Shown: positions 44,731 to 50,247 of the stretch, one piece after another
Position numbering within the stretch: the stretch's first letter is position 1
Layout of the letters: each line of letters opens with the position of its first letter
Made by a program: the position numbers and the translations under genes
DNA from: an uncultured Porphyromonadaceae bacterium
GTDB lineage: Bacteria; Bacteroidota; Bacteroidia; Bacteroidales; UBA12481
DNA length: 50,247 nucleotides
Assembly: GCA_964416825.1 (NCBI GenBank)
Contig: CAYQFT010000004.1
Coordinates: 1-50,247 of the forward strand
Direction: 5' to 3'
Notes under the pieces: model-generated
What the model was told of the DNA's origin: nothing
Database searches by the model: none
What the model saw: the letters and a program-made list of their open reading frames with translations, nothing else

Positions 44731-46434
44731 ATGAAAAGCAAACTGATATTTCTCCTATTACCAGCAGCGACCATACTTTTTGGCCAATCGGTATCGGGAC
44801 AAAACTCCGGAACGGCTACTGATCAAATGAAACAGATGCACCGTGAAACCCTGGACGACCCCTATCTGCCCAATGCCTACAACAACCAGCGGACCTCTCC
44901 GGCATACCGCTACACTAACCGGGTTAAATCAAACCCGCAGCACAGCAGCATCCGCACAACGCAGGTAAATGTCAATGCAAATGGTCAGAACATCCTGGGC
45001 GATGCGGCCAACGAACCCAGCATTGCAGTGAATCCACGTGACGCGAACAATATTGTGATAGGATGGCGCCAGTTCGACAACATAGCGAGCAATTTCAGGC
45101 AGGCCGGCTGGGGCTATACCATGAACGGCGGGGAAAACTGGACGTTTCCCGGTGTGATTGAACCCGGGATTTTTCGCTCGGATCCCGTTCTCGACTGGGA
45201 TGCCGACGGGAACATTTTTTACAACAGCCTGACGAACAGTCCTGACTATTTCTGCAAGGTTTTTGAATCCTCAAACGGAGGGGTCGCCTGGGATGCCGGA
45301 ACCGATGCACACGGGGGCGATAAGCAGTGGATGGTCATCGACCGGACCGATGGAATCGGCCGGGGAAATATTTATTCCACCTGGTCCTATTACTTCAGCA
45401 CCTGCGTGCCCGGGTTTGCCACCCGTTCGGCGGACCATAACCGGCATTATGAAAACTGCTTCACCGTTGACGGCAGTCCTTACTGGTGTACGATGGCCAT
45501 CGGGAATTCCGGTGAACTTTACATTGGCGGAGCCTCCGGAATGGGCGACAGCCTCGTGGTGTCAAAATCGGTGAATGCGAACGTCCCTGATTCCGCGGTC
45601 ACCTGGAACAAGCGGGTAATGGTCTATATCGGCGGCACCCCGAACGGCTGGTCCAGTATCAATCCCGTGGGCCTCCTGGGCCAGATCAGCATTGATGTGG
45701 ACCACTCCGAAGGCCCCGGCCGGGGAAATGTCTACCTGCTGGCTCCTGTTACCCGCGCCTCAATCGGCGATCCCTGTGATGTAATGTTTACTCGGAGTAC
45801 GGATGCAGGACTTACCTGGAGCAATCCCATGCGGATTAACGACGATGAGTCGGTCACCAACACACAGTGGTTCGGCACCATGTCGGTGGCCCCCGATGGA
45901 AGGATTGATGCCATCTGGCTCGATACCCGCGACGCACCGGCCGGATCGGATTCATCGGCTCTGTATTATTCCTTTTCAACAGATCAGGGAAAAACCTGGT
46001 CGGTGAATGAAAAGCTCTCCGCTTCCTTCAATCCGCATGTGGGCTATCCCAACCAGGATAAGCTCGGGGATTATTTCGACATGGTTTCCGACAATTCCGG
46101 CGCTCACCTCGCCTGGGCCAATACCCTGAACGGTGAGCAGGATGTCTATTACAGCCGGATTATTCCATACTCCTCCACCGGAGTCAATGAGATAACCCTT
46201 CAAAATACTCTTTCGGTTTTTCCGAACCCGGTAAGTGGCACCATGATGATCCGGGGCCTGAAAGAGGGCTCCAGAATTGAGATATACTCCTTGTTGGGCA
46301 GTAAAATTCATTCGGACAGTTCAATGGAAACAGAAGTTGAAATGGATATCTCCGCCTACCCGGCAGGCATTTACTCATTGAAGGTCATAAGTCCTGATGG
46401 GTCAATCACGATTAAAAAGATTATCAGGAAATAA
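44731..46434 (+). CDS. BNR/Asp-box sialidase-like beta-propeller protein with T9SS type-A sorting domain
   Basis: Asp boxes (SSNGGVAW, STDAGLTW, STDQGKTW), DKQW, GDY; C-terminal VFPNP..IYSLLG..GIYSLKV..KIIRK. Confidence 0.88.
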   Translation: MKSKLIFLLLPAATILFGQSVSGQNSGTATDQMKQMHRETLDDPYLPNAYNNQRTSPAYRYTNRVKSNPQHSSIRTTQVNVNANGQNILGDAANEPSIAVNPRDANNIVIGWRQFDNIASNFRQAGWGYTMNGGENWTFPGVIEPGIFRSDPVLDWDADGNIFYNSLTNSPDYFCKVFESSNGGVAWDAGTDAHGGDKQWMVIDRTDGIGRGNIYSTWSYYFSTCVPGFATRSADHNRHYENCFTVDGSPYWCTMAIGNSGELYIGGASGMGDSLVVSKSVNANVPDSAVTWNKRVMVYIGGTPNGWSSINPVGLLGQISIDVDHSEGPGRGNVYLLAPVTRASIGDPCDVMFTRSTDAGLTWSNPMRINDDESVTNTQWFGTMSVAPDGRIDAIWLDTRDAPAGSDSSALYYSFSTDQGKTWSVNEKLSASFNPHVGYPNQDKLGDYFDMVSDNSGAHLAWANTLNGEQDVYYSRIIPYSSTGVNEITLQNTLSVFPNPVSGTMMIRGLKEGSRIEIYSLLGSKIHSDSSMETEVEMDISAYPAGIYSLKVISPDGSITIKKIIRK

Positions 46435-46463
46435 TCACGGCTTCATTGTCGTTTCATATTCCC
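46433..46463 (+). repeat. 31-bp direct repeat, copy 1
   Basis: aatcacggcttcattgtcgtttcatattccc; 2 mismatches to 49141-49171. Confidence 0.85.
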
Positions 46464-46503
46464 AAAAAAAACCGGCAACCCCTGATGGAGTTGCCGGTTT
46501 TTT
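46464..46503. terminator. Bidirectional intrinsic terminator
   Basis: aaaaaaaaccggcaac-N10-gttgccggtttttt between convergent genes. Confidence 0.88.
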
Positions 46504-46524
46504 CATGTCCCGCAAGGCAGATCC

Positions 46525-47652
46525 TTATTCTTTCCCCTTGAGAATATTGAATCCCAGGCCCAAAGAGTAATACGATCCGCTGAACGGTGCAGCCTTCAGC
46601 GCCAGATTGAAACGGCCCAGGTTAAACTGAAGGGCTATCCCGTACAGGAATCGTTTTACCTGCCGGTCTACATCGATCAGATTATTAATCTGATAGGTAT
46701 CAAATCCCTCACTGATTGATGAATAAAAGGATTTGGCGACTTTAACATCAAATCCCCCCTGATTAAACAGCCGATAATGGGTCTGGTTAAAAGAGGAAAA
46801 CAGGGTTAGGTCGAGAAATCCGAACTTCTTGGTCAGAAGCGCTTCAAAGCCAAAGCTCGACGACCGGTATTCCAGGCCGGTGAGATTGTTGGTCACCTCA
46901 AACTTGTCACGGCTGGGAGTATCCAGGTTCCCGATCAGATCAGGGCCAATCGTTGCACCGATGTTGAGCAGGCTGTATTGAACACCCAGGGAGAATCCGA
47001 AATTATGATCGTGCAGCCAGGGAATCCAGTGAAATACATCATGCCTTGCACCAAACGAGGCCATAAAATCACGATCCAGGGAGAATCCATCAACCAACCC
47101 TTTGGTTGCCAGTCTGATAACACCGGGAAGAAATCCCACTGAAACTTCGGTTCCGTATCCTATACCCAGGCTGAAAACAGGCAGTATAGCCGGCGTTAGG
47201 CCGATGGATGTTCCCATTCCCGGAAACAACGGCAGACCAAAGCCAAGGTCCTCACCATTAGAAGGATTGACCAGGGGAAGACCGGTCTCCTCATCGATGA
47301 ACCGGAAGGACATCTTACCCGGAGATTGTGATCCAAACAGGGTCGGTGTTCCGCCTTCAAGGGTGAAATTATCTGAAAAATCGCTGAAGCCGTATTCCGA
47401 CGAAAGGAGACTGGTTCCGGCTTTCAGGGAAAAAATCAGTTCCCATTGACTGGCCACACGGCCGGTGGTATTGATGTTATTCAGGAAAGCAAATCCCTGA
47501 CGGGAAGTAAGGTCTTCCATGTACCCATCCACATACAAGGAAAAATTGCTGCTGATAGAGCCGAGCTGGTTTCCAATATTGGTTTGTGCCTTAATCGGGG
47601 TAAATACCAAGCCAAGGAACAGGCTAAAGGTTAAAAATGTCTTTTGTTTCAT
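46525..47652 (-). CDS. Putative outer-membrane beta-barrel protein (DUF6588-like)
   Basis: Signal peptide; TPTLFG, SLGIGYGTEVSVGFLP, GARHDVFHWIP; C-terminal YSLGLGFNI. Confidence 0.65.
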   Translation of the reverse strand: MKQKTFLTFSLFLGLVFTPIKAQTNIGNQLGSISSNFSLYVDGYMEDLTSRQGFAFLNNINTTGRVASQWELIFSLKAGTSLLSSEYGFSDFSDNFTLEGGTPTLFGSQSPGKMSFRFIDEETGLPLVNPSNGEDLGFGLPLFPGMGTSIGLTPAILPVFSLGIGYGTEVSVGFLPGVIRLATKGLVDGFSLDRDFMASFGARHDVFHWIPWLHDHNFGFSLGVQYSLLNIGATIGPDLIGNLDTPSRDKFEVTNNLTGLEYRSSSFGFEALLTKKFGFLDLTLFSSFNQTHYRLFNQGGFDVKVAKSFYSSISEGFDTYQINNLIDVDRQVKRFLYGIALQFNLGRFNLALKAAPFSGSYYSLGLGFNILKGKE

Positions 47653-47686
47653 GATTTTCTATTGCCATTTTGCGAATTGAATTCAA

Positions 47687-48511
47687 TTAATCAACAGGTT
47701 CCAAAACCAGGAAGCCAGTCTTATTTTTCTCAGTTACCTTCAGTATCACCCTACCAAAAGTGGATTCGGTCACTTCTACTACACGTGTGAGATTTGGGAA
47801 TACCAGAGAAAGCTTATTTCGGCTTAGCCCCGCAGTAATGTTAACAAAACTGTAGGTCCCGTATACGACATCGTTTTTAGGATAGGTGCCGAATATTTCC
47901 TCTTCTTTTTCCGTCCGCTTTTTTCCAACTGTAAGCACAAATCGATCTGTTTTCTCAAATCTCATGGTATTATCGGTATAGCTCACCCAGTCAGGATCAT
48001 TGGAGAGATCCTTCCCTTGGTCATCAATGATAGCCTTGGCTTTCCAGGTTCTCCCGGGTCTTGTCCCCTTAACATTTTCATCCCAAGTCCTCAGGCAAAG
48101 ATGCAGGTGAGCCGGTGGGCTATTGAGGTAGATTAGTAAGGATGTCCTCTCATCATAATAATAAAAAAGATCACTAAAATCTCTGTTAGACCAAGCTAGA
48201 CCGGGAGCAGCACGAGATCCGGGATTTGACCAGTTGGATTGACCGTTTGCCAGTCTGTAATCCACAAAGGATATGGGAAAACCATGAGGGATATGGTCTC
48301 CCTGAAAAAAGTGATCTCCTTTAAAAACCGTTTGAAGATTTACAGTGTCTTTTCCCACCAGAAAATTATCATAGGTGCTAAAAAACTTAAAGAATCCACT
48401 ACCATTTCTTGGTTCCAAATCATAACGAATATCGTCAACTTCACAGGAAGTAAAAAAGACTAAAGAGGCCGCGATTATTGATCCGCGGAGGAAAATAAAT
48501 AACTTTCTCAT
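47687..48511 (-). CDS. Hypothetical lipoprotein
   Basis: MRKLFIF..VFFTSC lipobox; visibly more AT-rich than neighbouring genes. Confidence 0.75.
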   Translation of the reverse strand: MRKLFIFLRGSIIAASLVFFTSCEVDDIRYDLEPRNGSGFFKFFSTYDNFLVGKDTVNLQTVFKGDHFFQGDHIPHGFPISFVDYRLANGQSNWSNPGSRAAPGLAWSNRDFSDLFYYYDERTSLLIYLNSPPAHLHLCLRTWDENVKGTRPGRTWKAKAIIDDQGKDLSNDPDWVSYTDNTMRFEKTDRFVLTVGKKRTEKEEEIFGTYPKNDVVYGTYSFVNITAGLSRNKLSLVFPNLTRVVEVTESTFGRVILKVTEKNKTGFLVLEPVD

Positions 48512-48738
48512 GGATAAAGGTTTTAAATTCAATTAGTAAACCCACAAGTGGGAAAATTGTTCAGGCAATTTTTGATGAGAAGAGGTTTCCGGGTGTAAAA
48601 CGGCTCCTGCAGAGAATACATTGGTTAAAAAAGTTATCAAAAAATAAGATTGCTAGAGGGTTTTTCGTAACTTAGCCTATTCTTCGTTAGTCCCCCTGAA
48701 GAAGAATCGATTACGTGTCTGATTCAAGGAGGCTTATT

Positions 48739-49119
48739 ATGAAAAAACTTCTGATCCTCGCCGCAGCCCTGATTTCATTCCCCGCTTTAACTTTCGCACA
48801 AACACAACCCGTAAGTCCAAAGCATAATAAGGTTCCCCTGTTCATCTGGCTGGCGGTTCAACGGGTTCAACCCCTTGTGAAGCGCCCGCCTCTCATGGTG
48901 CAGCATTCCTATCAGGGTGTGAGCAACATTGACCAGGACGAGTACAATTATCACTACGGGATAGTCCCGCTCCCAAAGGATTTTCAGTCAAACATGCCTG
49001 TAATCCGGCCGGATCCAAACGTCTGGTACCCTTCTGTTAACGAGCGGTATAACCGTATGCACCAACTGCCGGGCAAGCGAATCCCAGACAAAGAGCGCCC
49101 TGTGGTGATCACCCGGTGA
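48739..49119 (+). CDS. Hypothetical secreted Pro-rich protein
   Basis: MKKLLILAAALISFPALTFAQ signal peptide; AAGGAGG 6 nt upstream. Confidence 0.7.
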   Translation: MKKLLILAAALISFPALTFAQTQPVSPKHNKVPLFIWLAVQRVQPLVKRPPLMVQHSYQGVSNIDQDEYNYHYGIVPLPKDFQSNMPVIRPDPNVWYPSVNERYNRMHQLPGKRIPDKERPVVITR

Positions 49120-49140
49120 TGCCGCTTCTATATCAGAAAA

Positions 49141-49171
49141 AATCACGGCTTCATTTTCGCTTCATATTCCC
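49141..49171 (+). repeat. 31-bp direct repeat, copy 2 (contains CTTCAT-N5-CTTCAT)
   Basis: aatcacggcttcattttcgcttcatattccc, upstream of the 49214 gene. Confidence 0.85.
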
Positions 49172-49213
49172 GCATTACCTATGTGCCATAATTAATTCTA
49201 AAAAAAGTAAAAG

Positions 49214-49618
49214 ATGAAAAAAATGAATTTAAAAATCGCACTGGCTGCCCTTCTGATTGCGATCGGAGCTCTGGGCCTTCAGGCCCAGAACGGACGCGGA
49301 AGCGGAAACGGCCTGGGTAACGGTATGGGCAACGGAACAGTTAATGGGAATTGCACTACCCAACTGACAAGCGAACAGAAAGCCATTATTGAGGAGATGC
49401 GCCTGGAATTTCAGGCAGAGATGGAAGTTCTAAGGGCTGAAATCCTGGCAGCCAACACTCTGGCCGAAAAAGTTGAAATCTTCAAAGAGATGAAAGCCCT
49501 GCGGACTGCTCACAAAGAGGCAGTGAAGGCCCAGCTGGCTGAATGGGGTATTACCACCAATGACGGCAAGGGACACAAAGGGAATGGGAAAAAACACCGC
49601 GGTGGGGGAAGAGGCTGA
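49214..49618 (+). CDS. Periplasmic helical protein, LTxxQ (Spy/CpxP/ZraP-like)
   Basis: Signal peptide, Gly/Asn-rich stretch, LTSEQK, helical charged body, Gly/His/Lys tail. Confidence 0.65.
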   Translation: MKKMNLKIALAALLIAIGALGLQAQNGRGSGNGLGNGMGNGTVNGNCTTQLTSEQKAIIEEMRLEFQAEMEVLRAEILAANTLAEKVEIFKEMKALRTAHKEAVKAQLAEWGITTNDGKGHKGNGKKHRGGGRG

Positions 49619-49636
49619 TCCTCAGTGATTAAAAAG

Positions 49637-49672
49637 AAAACCGGCAACCCATTTTAGGTTGCCGGTTTTTTT
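49637..49672. terminator. Bidirectional intrinsic terminator
   Basis: aaaaccggcaacc-catttta-ggttgccggttttttt; same stem as 46464-46503. Confidence 0.88.
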
Positions 49673-50074
49673 ACAAAACGAACGGAATTAAGACCTTACG
49701 TCCGGCCGGGTAGTTCTCAAAATGCTGCTTGTACCATCTGTGATGTGATATAGCCCGCGGAACCAGGTTGGCGACTGTCCAGACCAGAAAAGAAACGGTA
49801 GCCAGGTTCCAGCACATAATGGCAAACCCGGTCCATTCGATAATTTCCCCCAGAAGATTGGGACAGCTGACATACCGGAACAGGCCACCTTCCGGAATCT
49901 TATATCCGGTTTCCCCGGGCTTCCGCAGGTGAATCAGCCGGTTGCTGATCTGCGGACCCCATTTCGACGAGGTGTGTCTCCCATACGGTGCGGTTACCTT
50001 AACAATATCAGGAAAATCAAGGCCGCAATGCCCATCCAGACATAATTCAGGTGCTGGAAAGTTGTGTAAGTCAT
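49671..50074 (-). pseudogene. 3-oxo-5-alpha-steroid 4-dehydrogenase (steroid 5-alpha-reductase family) pseudogene
   Basis: MTYTTFQHLNYVWMGIAALIFLIL, then a frameshift near 50001, then KVTAPYGRH..WGPQISNRL joined directly to IHLRKPGETGYKIPEGGLFRYVSCPNLLGEIIEW..NLVPRAISHHRWY..F..YP..RKVLIPFVL*. The central TM region is missing. Confidence 0.85.
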
Positions 50075-50247
50075 GGTCGGGATTTTTTCAGATATCCCGC
50101 ATTCTGAAACCATTGAATGGTATCACTGATGGTCTCATGCAGGGGCCGGGGATTGTATTCCAGCTCCCGGATAGCCTTATTGCTGCTGATATTTTTATGC
50201 CCGTTTGCAATGGCTTCGATGGATTCCCGGGTGTAAAACGGCTCCTG
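50071..50247 (-). CDS. 3' end of an NAD-dependent epimerase/dehydratase (extended SDR), truncated by the window edge
   Basis: QEPFYTRESIEAIANGHKNISSNKAIRELEYNPRPLHETISDTIQWFQNAGYLKKSRP*; stop overlaps the next ATG (ATGA). Confidence 0.8.
   Translation of the reverse strand, partial: QEPFYTRESIEAIANGHKNISSNKAIRELEYNPRPLHETISDTIQWFQNAGYLKKSRP

Overview
Gene-dense chromosomal region from a Bacteroidota (probably Bacteroidales) genome. Evidence for this: a T9SS type-A C-terminal domain, DUF4369, CarboxypepD_reg-like and TSP3-OmpA proteins, many lipoproteins and TAnnTTTG promoter boxes. There are about 35 CDS: glycosidases (GH106, GH78, GH29 and an unclassified clan-D-like enzyme), an M14 peptidase, a Zn alcohol dehydrogenase, mlaEFD, a double-length UvrA-like protein with an MFS transporter, OmpA, an ATP-cone/Mrr-like nuclease, an APC permease, DUF1846, TMEM175 and a steroid 5-alpha-reductase pseudogene. 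I saw no rRNA, tRNA, CRISPR array or transposase. Two themes stand out. (1) Several small repeat families (GTAG-REP palindromes, GTCAT/ATGAC palindromes, CCCCGG hairpins, a ~45-bp IR motif, and 7-/9-bp tandem arrays) fill the intergenic spaces and also sit in-frame inside genes. The uvrA-like gene carries five such inserts, and one of its four composite ATPase sites is degenerate in several motifs at once. (2) A tight four-gene, Cys-rich operon (DUF4369 plus beta-propeller with vicinal CC pairs, PhnD-like binding protein with CxxxxCxC, Tat-type ferredoxin, NapH-like membrane polyferredoxin) is flanked by two paralogous membrane proteins. It is a candidate undescribed periplasmic redox system. 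All family calls are by motif recognition, not database search.
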